DNA of 64,000 bases from Caldisericia bacterium (GTDB lineage Bacteria > Caldisericota > Caldisericia > JAAYUI01). A program made the translations under genes and the position numbers. Under the pieces are notes generated by a model. It was given only the letters and a program-made list of their open reading frames with translations, did not search any database and had not been told where the DNA came from. Of this stretch, positions 37,762-45,975 are shown in pieces. How positions within the stretch are numbered: position 1 is the first letter of the stretch; every line of letters begins with the position of its first letter. The DNA lies in contig OY771555.1 of the NCBI GenBank assembly GCA_963674785.1, positions 64,001-128,000 on the forward strand. Reading direction: 5' to 3'.

Positions 37762-38466
37762 ATGAAAAAAGGCAAAAGACTTAAAGGTTTGTACGAAAAG
37801 ATAGAAGCAGACAAGCTCTACGAAATCCCTGAGGCAGTAAAACTTCTCAAGGATCTCAAATCAAGCAAGTTTGACGAAACTGTCGAGATTGCAATGAAGC
37901 TCGGAGTTGACCCAAAACAGGCCGACCAGAACATCAGAGGAACAGTCGGGCTTCCAGCAGGAACAGGTAAAACTGTCCGCATTCTTGCCTTTGCTAAAGG
38001 TGAAAAAGAAGCAGAAGCAAAAGACGCTGGCGCTGACATCATTGCTGACGACGAAACAGTAAAAAAGATCCAGGGTGGATGGTTCGATTTCGATCTCGTT
38101 ATCGCAACTCCAGACATGATGGGTACCGTTGGTAGGATCGGTAAACTTCTCGGACCAAAAGGTCTTATGCCCAACCCAAAATCTGGAACAGTTACAATGG
38201 ATATCGGAAAAGCTGTTAAAGAGTTTAAATCAGGTAGAATTGAATACAGAGTCAACAAATTCGCCGATATGAATGTTAGAATCGGAAAAGTTAGCTTCAA
38301 CGAAGAAGACCTTATCAGCAACATCACAACCTTCCTTCAGACAGTTCTTAGAGTCAGACCTGCTTCACTCAAAGGAACATACATCGAATCAATTACACTT
38401 TCACTCACACAGAGTCCTGGTGTCAAACTCGATGTAATCAAAGCTCGTAATTTTGTTGCAGCATAA
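37762..38466 (+). CDS. rplA: 50S ribosomal protein L1
   Basis: KFDETVE, LGVDP, RGTVGLPAGTGK, LGPKGLMPNPKSGTVT. Confidence 0.98.
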   Translation: MKKGKRLKGLYEKIEADKLYEIPEAVKLLKDLKSSKFDETVEIAMKLGVDPKQADQNIRGTVGLPAGTGKTVRILAFAKGEKEAEAKDAGADIIADDETVKKIQGGWFDFDLVIATPDMMGTVGRIGKLLGPKGLMPNPKSGTVTMDIGKAVKEFKSGRIEYRVNKFADMNVRIGKVSFNEEDLISNITTFLQTVLRVRPASLKGTYIESITLSLTQSPGVKLDVIKARNFVAA

Positions 38467-38513
38467 ATAAACATCAGTACATTACGTTCTGGAACCTTAA
38501 TAATACAATTTAG

Positions 38514-38573
38514 AAACCAAAGACAGTAAGTACCCCCGAGAGGGGATTAAACGAAAATGGCTTGCCGAGGTTT
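38514..38573 (+). ncRNA. Ribosomal protein L10 leader
   Basis: AAACC-AAAGACAGTAAG...TTAA...CTTGCCGAGGTTT matches the AGAC(A)GUAGG...CCUGCCGAGG leader pattern upstream of rplJ. Confidence 0.8.
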
Positions 38574-38596
38574 TGATTGATACTTTAGACATTCAC

Positions 38597-38635
38597 AAAA
38601 AAGGTCACGTCAAAATTTCGGCGTGACCTTTTTTT
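38597..38635 (+). terminator. Attenuator/terminator hairpin of the L10 leader
   Basis: AAAAAAGGTCACGTC...GGCGTGACC followed by T7, just before the rplJ RBS. Confidence 0.75.
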
Positions 38636-38660
38636 ATTTCTCAAGGAAGGAGGAAACCAT

Positions 38661-39191
38661 TTGTTAACTAGAAAAGAAAAAGAAACATCAGTAAAAGAGA
38701 TCAGAGAAATCTGGGATGCTTCAAAGGGAATGATCGTTATCGATTCACAGAAACTTGAAGCAGGTGCCATTTCAGAACTCAGAAAACAGTGTCGCGAAGC
38801 TGGAGTTAAACTTAAGGTTTTCAAGAACACCCTTGTAAAGCTCGCACTCAAAGATCTTGAAATCGAAGGAATTGACAAACAGCTCAAGGGGCCAACAGCC
38901 ACAGCTTTTGCTATGGAAGAAATGCCAGCAGCAGCAAAGGTATTTTCTGAATTCAAAAAGGACTACCCAAAGAAGCTCATCATCAAGGGCGGCGTCATGG
39001 AAGGCAAAGTCTTTGACGAAAATGGAGTCAAGCAGCTCGCATCAATCCCACCAAGAGAAGTTCTTCTTGGAATGGTTGCAAGCGCATTCAATGGTCCAAT
39101 CGTCAAGTTTGCAAGAGTGCTTCAGGCAAATATCACTGGTATCGCCCGTGTGCTTGATGCAGTAAGAGAAAAGAAAGAAAAAGCAGCATAA
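38661..39191 (+). CDS. rplJ: 50S ribosomal protein L10 (TTG start)
   Basis: AGGAGG RBS; [34 protein letters not shown]. Confidence 0.96.
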   Translation: MLTRKEKETSVKEIREIWDASKGMIVIDSQKLEAGAISELRKQCREAGVKLKVFKNTLVKLALKDLEIEGIDKQLKGPTATAFAMEEMPAAAKVFSEFKKDYPKKLIIKGGVMEGKVFDENGVKQLASIPPREVLLGMVASAFNGPIVKFARVLQANITGIARVLDAVREKKEKAA

Positions 39192-39223
39192 AGACTGCAA
39201 AAAATAAAAAAGGAGACAATCAA

Positions 39224-39604
39224 ATGTCAAAAGACGAAATATTAGAAGCAATCGAAAAAATGACAGTTCTTGAACTCTCAGAACTCGTTAAAGCAATCGA
39301 AGAGAAATTCGATGTATCAGCAGCAGCAGCCCCAGTCATGATGGCCGGAGGAATGCCAGGTGCTGGCGGCGGAGATGCCGGTGGCGACGAACAGACCGAA
39401 TTCGACGTAATCCTTGTCGAAGTCGGACAGCAGAAGATTCCAGTAATCAAGGCAGTCAAAGAACTCTCAGGACTTGGACTCAAAGAAGCAAAAGCACTCG
39501 TCGATGCAGTTCCAAAAGCAGTCAAAGAAAAAGTCTCACAGGAAGAAGCAGACGAAATCAAAGAAAAGCTCTCAGCAGTTGGTGCTGTTGTCGAGATCAA
39601 GTAA
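39224..39604 (+). CDS. rplL: 50S ribosomal protein L7/L12
   Basis: [44 protein letters not shown]. Confidence 0.98.
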   Translation: MSKDEILEAIEKMTVLELSELVKAIEEKFDVSAAAAPVMMAGGMPGAGGGDAGGDEQTEFDVILVEVGQQKIPVIKAVKELSGLGLKEAKALVDAVPKAVKEKVSQEEADEIKEKLSAVGAVVEIK

Positions 39605-39630
39605 TAACAACTACAAACATAAAACTACAT

Positions 39631-39668
39631 CAAAACCCCGCTTGTTTTTTAGCACTTGCGGGGTTTTG
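39631..39668 (+). terminator. Terminator after rplL
   Basis: CAAAACCCCGC-N16-GCGGGGTTTTG. Confidence 0.7.
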
Positions 39669-39712
39669 TAATGTATGTTATCCTTTAAACATTCCTTTGG
39701 AGGTGTAGAGAC

Positions 39713-40198
39713 ATGAAGACTCTGGTTGCCTACGCAACGAAATCTGGAACATCTGAAAAGTGCGCAAACCTTATCGCGAAGGAGTTTGACAATGTCGATA
39801 TTGTAAACCTGTCAGAAACTGCACATCCGCAGTTCCTTGAATACGATCTGATCATTGCTGGTGGTCCAGTCCGAATGGCCAACCTTCACGCACATCTGAT
39901 TAGGTTCTTGAAAGCAAACATCAGAAAGCTCGAAAAAAAGAATATCGCCCTTTTTATCTGTTGCATGGAACAGGGTGAAAAGGTTCAGGAACACATTGAA
40001 AAAGGATTCCCAAAACAGCTTCGTGAAGTAGCCCTTGCAATATCACATCTGGGCGCTGAGCTCAACTGGGACAAAATGGGCACGCTTGAACGTGCCATGA
40101 TGAAAAAAATTGTTTCATCCCAGAAGATTGATGAACCTTGTATCAATGAGGATGCAATAAAAGGATTTGTTGAGAAGATAAAGGCAAGCTTGGCCTAA
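39713..40198 (+). CDS. Flavodoxin-domain protein (HemG-like)
   Basis: LVAYATKSGTSEKCA, YDLIIAGGPV, ALFICCM; GGAGG RBS. Confidence 0.82.
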   Translation: MKTLVAYATKSGTSEKCANLIAKEFDNVDIVNLSETAHPQFLEYDLIIAGGPVRMANLHAHLIRFLKANIRKLEKKNIALFICCMEQGEKVQEHIEKGFPKQLREVALAISHLGAELNWDKMGTLERAMMKKIVSSQKIDEPCINEDAIKGFVEKIKASLA

Positions 40199-41865
40199 TC
40201 CAAATCTATCTGATAGAGATCATAAACAAAATTCATATCATCAGCCTTCATATTTGAGGGGAGTGAGAAAAGTAGTTTGTTTCCATCAAGTTGCACACTT
40301 TCTTCTTTTAGGTTATATGCATCCCATCCTTTCATAACAGTCTCGGTCTTACCCTCTGAAACGTTAAAAAGATTGAGAGTTGATTTTTCACCCTTCTTTG
40401 AAGAAACATCTGGTCGATAAACAACGTATTTCTCATTACAAATATCAATATCAGATTTCGATTCCAGAATAAAAAGCTCGATTAAAGATTTTGAGATGTA
40501 ATCAAACATAAAATATTTTTGACTACATAGATTCTTATTTGGAGGCGCATTGACTACATCTGCAAAATCGCAATCATTTCTTTCAAAAAACACAAACGCG
40601 GTCCTATTTTTTGAGTAATTGTTTATTGGATAAACAGAGCTAAAACTGTCAATAATAAAATCGAATGTTTGAAAAAAACTTATATCTTCGTTGGTCTTCT
40701 TGTATTCAAAATACTCTAACTCAAAATCCATATAATCGACAAAAGATCCAACCTCATTATCGGGCTTAACCACAACGCCAATTTTGATTGCGTGTCGCTG
40801 TATACTCGCATTTTTACACCTATCAATAATATTACGAGACCTGATCTTATCATATTTTTTAAATTCTGATACATCTTCTAGAACAATCTTCCTAGAATAA
40901 AACTCATCTATTTTGAGTTTTTCTGTCGAATCAAAAAACATTGCCCTATTGATCACATTAACAAAAACACAGACCTCATTCAGCTTATGTTCATAATAAA
41001 TATCCCATTCAATTTCATCGGGGCTTTCAGCAACAAGTCTTGGCTCTGGAATGACACCCTCTGCAAATTCTTTGTCCTCTAGATTGATGGCATAGACCTG
41101 AAAGCCTGAACATTCTCCAGCATCATTCAATTTTTCCCTCTCATAAGCAATCCAGTTTTTGCATATCTTCAAATTACTTCTCATCAATGAATGCTTTGTG
41201 GCACGTGTTTCATCAAAACCAAGCTTTGAAAAATATATATCATTCATCAAGGTATAATCTTTTGTATGCCGTCTATCAAGCCAAGCAATATAATCATCAT
41301 TCACTACGACATTATTCTCAAATTCATCGAAATCCATTACGGTTCGAACAGTTCCAATATGAGAAATAACGCCCGTTTCTTTATCCATCTTTTTTAGATA
41401 TATCCGGTCGGAACGATTATCAAGGTCAATGTGAGATGCAAAAATAAGATATTTTTCATTTTGTTTAATTGATGTTGATGCAATATTTGAAAGCAAAAGC
41501 TTTGGTCTATATTTTGAGTTTTTTAAATGAACAAAAATCCATGAAATCAAGAGTACCGAAACTGTCAGGATAATGATTAAAGTAGAAAAAATCTTTACCG
41601 ATTTTCTCTTCTTCGAAATTTTTTGAATGGCGACTTTTTCGGAATCTTCAAATCTATCCTTCCACACTTTCTGTTTTGCGAGTATCGAATCAGCAACCTT
41701 CAAAGCAGCAACTTCTGCATACCCCTGAGTTTCGGAGATGTGCTTTGCGAGACTCTCTCTAACCTCTTCAAAGGGTTTAAGGATTTCGTTTTCGTCAATG
41801 CAATTCTCACAATATTCTCCCAGCCTGTCGTGATTTCTACCACATGATTCACAAGTCTTACTCAT
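40195..41865 (-). CDS. Zinc-ribbon / single-TM / extracellular beta-propeller-like protein (paralogue B)
   Basis: MSKTCESCGRNH...YCENC head, one TM, blade motifs NDDYIAW, CKNWIAY, NEKYVVY, DGNKLLF. Confidence 0.65.
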   Translation of the reverse strand: MSKTCESCGRNHDRLGEYCENCIDENEILKPFEEVRESLAKHISETQGYAEVAALKVADSILAKQKVWKDRFEDSEKVAIQKISKKRKSVKIFSTLIIILTVSVLLISWIFVHLKNSKYRPKLLLSNIASTSIKQNEKYLIFASHIDLDNRSDRIYLKKMDKETGVISHIGTVRTVMDFDEFENNVVVNDDYIAWLDRRHTKDYTLMNDIYFSKLGFDETRATKHSLMRSNLKICKNWIAYEREKLNDAGECSGFQVYAINLEDKEFAEGVIPEPRLVAESPDEIEWDIYYEHKLNEVCVFVNVINRAMFFDSTEKLKIDEFYSRKIVLEDVSEFKKYDKIRSRNIIDRCKNASIQRHAIKIGVVVKPDNEVGSFVDYMDFELEYFEYKKTNEDISFFQTFDFIIDSFSSVYPINNYSKNRTAFVFFERNDCDFADVVNAPPNKNLCSQKYFMFDYISKSLIELFILESKSDIDICNEKYVVYRPDVSSKKGEKSTLNLFNVSEGKTETVMKGWDAYNLKEESVQLDGNKLLFSLPSNMKADDMNFVYDLYQIDLD

Positions 41866-41870
41866 TGTCC
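41681..41870. repeat. Direct repeat copy 1 (about 190 bp, 5' end of paralogue B)
   Basis: Highly similar to 43291-43480, e.g. AGTATCGAATCAGCAACCTTCAAAGC, GCAACTTCTGCATACCCCTGAGTTTC, TGATTTCTACCACATGATTC, CAAGTCTTACTCATTGTCC. Confidence 0.9.
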
Positions 41871-43475
41871 ACCAGCCTTCACGAGTTTATGAAGATCCCA
41901 TTTGTATGCATTTTTTTCATTTATTCTTTGTTCATAAATTTCCTCTTCATGTAGTCTTATATGGCCATTTGACTGAAGATCAAATGATGTGTATTTTTTC
42001 AACTCTTCAAGCTTTCTAGTTATAAAATCATATCGATATAGAGGAATATCTTCATCCCCACTTTCATAGTGTGGCACAAAAACAAATTGTGATGAGTTGA
42101 ATGCAACACCTAAGGTTTTATTCATGTACTCATTTCTTCTAGGAGGGGCAATATCCTCAAAAAACATTTCGAGTTCACCCTCTTCAAAGTAGTAGCAATA
42201 AAAGCTACTATTCTTCTTTGAAGTATTCTTTATTGTGATTTGTTCCCCGGGCTTATCTTTTAGATAGATAACTTGCTCACCTGGATCTTCAGTGAAAAAA
42301 ACAACCTTTTCACCATCACCCCACTCATATCGAAGATTATCAAAAACTCCAATGGATTTTGAATCCTGTGTTTTTTTATCATACAAAAGCAGCTCAAATC
42401 TAGTTGGGGTTATCAATCGAACAAGATTGCTATCGGTAATATCTGAAAAATCGTTTATTTCTCTTTGATAGACAATAGTTTTATCAAACACATCAAGAAT
42501 AGCCGTGTCATCTGCAAATAATAATGGGTTTAGTTCAACAGTTTCACCATAAAATTGTCGCAAATCAAATCGATATGTGAAAGAATATATTCCTTCATCT
42601 GAAATTTCTTTTTGTTGGACAGCGAAAAGAAGAACCTTTCCATCGGGGCTCTTTTCAAGTTTCCATGTGTCGTTATCCTTGTAATAGTTAGGTTTGTCAT
42701 AAACCACTTTCATTATCCTCATGCTTTCTGAATCAGGACGTGATAAATTGTGTGCATAAAATTCCATGTCCATATTATTTAATGCGACTCCATACACCAA
42801 ACAGTTATCTAAAATCTTTATATCCCAATCATTTATAAACCTGTCTACCTGATCCGTGACAATTACAAAATTCCCATCAAAATCTGAGGCAAAAATTTTG
42901 TTTTCTACGGTCCAGGCAACGTAGTCATCAGTAATCCAAGATTGTCTCATGTTTCCCCAGGCCTGAAAATCCCATGGTTCACCGATTTGAGAAATTTCAC
43001 CAGTTTTTTTATTTTTTATATAAACACCGGAGAGATCTCCAACACTATCTTCATAGATATAAAAGTTTGAGTTCTGATGGATATATCCATATGCACTTTC
43101 AACAACCATCTTTTCAACATATGAAGATTTTTTAGTACCTGATGTAAACAATCCGGAAACAATTGCAACAACCAATAAGGCAACAATTGCACCAACAAAA
43201 AACGATGAGGCGAGAGGAAAGAACGGTTTTCTGTTTCCGGATTGTTTATCGGATTTTAAAAATCTAGCACTCCAAGCTGGCCTTGATTCAAGTATCGAAT
43301 CAGCAACCTTCAAAGCCGCAACTTCTGCATACCCCTGAGTTTCAGAAATGTGTTTTGCAAGACTCTCTCTAACCTCTTCAAATGATTTGAGGTTTCCGTC
43401 CTTATCTACACAATTCTCACAATATTCCCCCAACTTGTAGTGATTTCTACCACATGATTCGCAAGTCTTACTCAT
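41862..43475 (-). CDS. Zinc-ribbon / single-TM / extracellular beta-propeller-like protein (paralogue A)
   Basis: Same N-terminal head as paralogue B; one TM; TDDYVAW, LDNCLVY, FDKTIVY blades. Confidence 0.65.
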   Translation of the reverse strand: MSKTCESCGRNHYKLGEYCENCVDKDGNLKSFEEVRESLAKHISETQGYAEVAALKVADSILESRPAWSARFLKSDKQSGNRKPFFPLASSFFVGAIVALLVVAIVSGLFTSGTKKSSYVEKMVVESAYGYIHQNSNFYIYEDSVGDLSGVYIKNKKTGEISQIGEPWDFQAWGNMRQSWITDDYVAWTVENKIFASDFDGNFVIVTDQVDRFINDWDIKILDNCLVYGVALNNMDMEFYAHNLSRPDSESMRIMKVVYDKPNYYKDNDTWKLEKSPDGKVLLFAVQQKEISDEGIYSFTYRFDLRQFYGETVELNPLLFADDTAILDVFDKTIVYQREINDFSDITDSNLVRLITPTRFELLLYDKKTQDSKSIGVFDNLRYEWGDGEKVVFFTEDPGEQVIYLKDKPGEQITIKNTSKKNSSFYCYYFEEGELEMFFEDIAPPRRNEYMNKTLGVAFNSSQFVFVPHYESGDEDIPLYRYDFITRKLEELKKYTSFDLQSNGHIRLHEEEIYEQRINEKNAYKWDLHKLVKAGGQ

Positions 43476-43480
43476 TGTCC
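43291..43480. repeat. Direct repeat copy 2 (about 190 bp, 5' end of paralogue A)
   Basis: Matches 41681-41870 at an offset of 1610 bp. Confidence 0.9.
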
Positions 43481-44052
43481 CCTCCTGTTATTTGACTAAT
43501 GAAGAATTGTTTCAAAACATCCCCAAATCTTGTGATTACTTCTTGATTTGGAGAGTAGAGTTCTTTGTTTTCAAGATACCGATAAATCAGACCTATCCAC
43601 ATGTTTGACGCAATAATTGGGTCAGAGTTTGGAGAAACTGATTTTAGACAGTCAATGATCATTGATGAGATTTTCATCTCAAACTGAAGTGCCTGAAGTT
43701 TTGCTTTTTCAGGGAGAAGAGATTTTCTTACAATAAGGTTTACATAAAGCCCTTCATTATAACCGATCATTCTCAGATGTGATTCAATTGCAGTTTCCAA
43801 TGGGATTGAGGAGTTATCAGATGGGAAAAAGTTTGAGGCTTTAAGGATATAGCTTTCTAAAACTGCAGATATTAACATCTCACGTGATCCAAAATGAGCA
43901 AAGATCGAACCATGGGCAACTCCTGCAGCTTTTCCAGCCTGCTTGATGAAGCTTTCATTGACACCTTCAGCAGAAATTATTTCCGTTGCGGAGTCGATGA
44001 TTTTTCTTCTGGTTTGTTCCTTTTTTTCAAGCCTTGATAGATTATCTGTCAA
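43468..44052 (-). CDS. TetR/AcrR family transcriptional regulator (probable TTG start 44052)
   Basis: AAAGGAG RBS; KEQTRRKIIDSA...AAGVAHGSIFAHFGSRE. Confidence 0.88.
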   Translation of the reverse strand: MTDNLSRLEKKEQTRRKIIDSATEIISAEGVNESFIKQAGKAAGVAHGSIFAHFGSREMLISAVLESYILKASNFFPSDNSSIPLETAIESHLRMIGYNEGLYVNLIVRKSLLPEKAKLQALQFEMKISSMIIDCLKSVSPNSDPIIASNMWIGLIYRYLENKELYSPNQEVITRFGDVLKQFFISQITGGDNE

Positions 44053-44067
44053 AGTATCTCCTTTTCG

Positions 44068-44125
44068 TTGACTCACTAGTCAATGACTACTTAGTCAATA
44101 TAAAAAGATCGCCGAACTTTGTCAA
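44068..44125 (-). promoter_or_regulatory. tetR promoter with two tandem TGACT-N4-AGTCA operators
   Basis: TTGACTCACTAGTCAA (44068-44083) and ATGACTACTTAGTCAA (44083-44098) lie directly downstream of minus-strand TTGACA-17 bp-TATATT. Confidence 0.72.
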
Positions 44126-44141
44126 GTTGTTTTGAGATTTA

Positions 44142-44612
44142 TTATGATAAGAATCTTTTTATCAAGCGCTTGGCAACTTCGTAAATTCCAGAAGTTGTTG
44201 ACTCTCTTGGGCCAGCAATATTCAAAACTTTTATCTTGTTTTCCGAAATCCAGCTTAAGATCGATACAACTTTTTTCTGAGAGACTCTTTTGTTAATTGT
44301 GATTACCAACAAGGGTTTTTTGGATTTTTCTGCGACATTCTTTGTCAGAAGCGTTCCACCAGTCGGCTCACTTCTTGTGATAATCAATGTACCATCAGAA
44401 TCGTGGATATTCATAATGGTTCTTTCGGGATATTTTCGGGTTTTGGTTTCTGACAAATTGTATTTATCAGGAATCCTTCCGTCTTCTGCAAGTCTTCCTT
44501 TTGGACACCACCCACCATGAGGGATTCCCAATTCAATTGCGGCATCGAGAGCTGCTCTATCAACACCTGTTTGCCCACCAGATACAATTTTAAGATTCTT
44601 TTTCACGTGCAT
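44142..44612 (-). CDS. Putative molybdenum-carrier family protein (SLOG superfamily)
   Basis: KIVSGGQTGVDRAALDAA...GGWCPKGRLAEDG...RT..NIHDSDGTL...GGT..T...LNIAGPRES. Start probably 44612 or 44606. Confidence 0.85.
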   Translation of the reverse strand: MHVKKNLKIVSGGQTGVDRAALDAAIELGIPHGGWCPKGRLAEDGRIPDKYNLSETKTRKYPERTIMNIHDSDGTLIITRSEPTGGTLLTKNVAEKSKKPLLVITINKRVSQKKVVSILSWISENKIKVLNIAGPRESTTSGIYEVAKRLIKRFLS

Positions 44613-44688
44613 TGAAAATAAGATTTTAGCAAAGAACATGGGGAATGAAAGTACTGGAAATTTCCAAAAAATGGTGTAAAATTGAGGC

Positions 44689-45822
44689 ATGATAAACTTT
44701 ACACAATACAACCCGGTAAAAATTGTCTTCGGTCCAGGTGAAATAAAAAACCTTGGTATTCAGGCGAAAACTCTCGGTAATAAACCACTTGTTGTTTTTG
44801 GAATGAATTCAGCAAAAGAGACTGGACTTGATGAAAAATGTTTTCAGTTGTTGAAAGATTCAGGTCTAGAACCTGTACCATTCTATGGGATTGAACCAAA
44901 CCCAAGAGAATCGACATGTGATAAAGCTGCAGAGATTGCAAGAAACAAAAGTTGTGATTTTGTGATTGGGGTTGGTGGTGGTTCAGTTATGGACGCAAGC
45001 AAAACAATCGCTGCATCAGCATCCACAGGAAAACCTGTATGGTCACATGTAAAAAGGGAGGAACCTGTAACATCAGCTCTTCCAATCATGACAGTCTCAA
45101 CACTTGCTGCAACAGGTTCAGAGTTCAACGCTGGAGCAGTTATAACCAATTGGGAAACAAATGAAAAGCTGGGGTTATTTTCACCACATATGTTCCCAAA
45201 AATCTCAATTCTTGACCCAGAACTTTCTATCACAACTCCACCAAACCATACTGCATATGGCGGAGTAGACATCATGATTCATGTACTCGAAACATACCTT
45301 ACTTCAAGCGATAACTACACACCTGTCCAGGATGGTATTAGCGAAGCCATCATGAAAACAGTCATCAAGTATCTACCAAAAGCATACAGCGCTGGAGATG
45401 ATATTAATGCAAGGTCACAGCTTTCATGGACATCTGCAGTTGCTCTGTGTGGCATCCCAAACAACGGTCGCCCAGGTGGGTTTCTAATGCATTGGATGGA
45501 ACACGTCTTATCTGCCCATCACGACATCCCACACGGATTAGGTCTTTCATTCCTCTTGCCCCCAACACTTGAATATGTTTCTGAGGCATTCCCAAAAAGA
45601 TACGAGATGTTTTTAAATAATGTGTGCAGCGACATAAAAGAGTTCCTAAAGTTGGTTAATTGTTATGTCACACTGGAGGATATAAATATTCCCGAATCAG
45701 ACATACCAAAATTTACAGATGATTTGTTTGCTCAAAAGGCTGTAGATGGAAAAATACCTGGAAATCCAAGCCTAACACGTGAAAAAGTTGCTAGAATATT
45801 CTCTGGGAAATACAAGGAATAG
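44689..45822 (+). CDS. Iron-containing alcohol dehydrogenase (butanol dehydrogenase-like)
   Basis: NPVKIVFG, GIEPNP, GVGGGSVMDASK, TLAATGSE, DIMIH, HWMEH, HGLGL. TAAAAT lies 6 nt before the ATG. Confidence 0.92.
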   Translation: MINFTQYNPVKIVFGPGEIKNLGIQAKTLGNKPLVVFGMNSAKETGLDEKCFQLLKDSGLEPVPFYGIEPNPRESTCDKAAEIARNKSCDFVIGVGGGSVMDASKTIAASASTGKPVWSHVKREEPVTSALPIMTVSTLAATGSEFNAGAVITNWETNEKLGLFSPHMFPKISILDPELSITTPPNHTAYGGVDIMIHVLETYLTSSDNYTPVQDGISEAIMKTVIKYLPKAYSAGDDINARSQLSWTSAVALCGIPNNGRPGGFLMHWMEHVLSAHHDIPHGLGLSFLLPPTLEYVSEAFPKRYEMFLNNVCSDIKEFLKLVNCYVTLEDINIPESDIPKFTDDLFAQKAVDGKIPGNPSLTREKVARIFSGKYKE

Positions 45823-45975
45823 GAAGCTTTTAACATTTATTTATCAGTTGATGGTTTTTTAGTTGGCTAGCTCTAACAAATTTGGTGAAAAAGGGTTAAC
45901 TGTCAGTTAATCCAATGTGTAATTAGTCTATTGACCAATTCAGGCAAAAGGCTAATCTAGTTGGTGGAGGTCAAT

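Noticed and set aside
37457-39600. Antisense ORFs over rplK, rplA, rplJ and rplL (97-169 aa), and similar short shadow ORFs throughout the window
   Set aside because: They are Ser/Thr/Ile/Phe-rich mirror frames of genuine genes, with no RBS or recognisable motif.
39713-40198. Calling the flavodoxin gene hemG
   Set aside because: The fold family matches, but there is no haem-biosynthesis context, so the function is not assignable.
41681-43480. The 190-bp repeat pair as a diversity-generating retroelement TR/VR or as IS ends
   Set aside because: Both copies are coding 5' ends, the differences I checked are mostly synonymous and not adenine-specific, and no reverse transcriptase or transposase is in the window.
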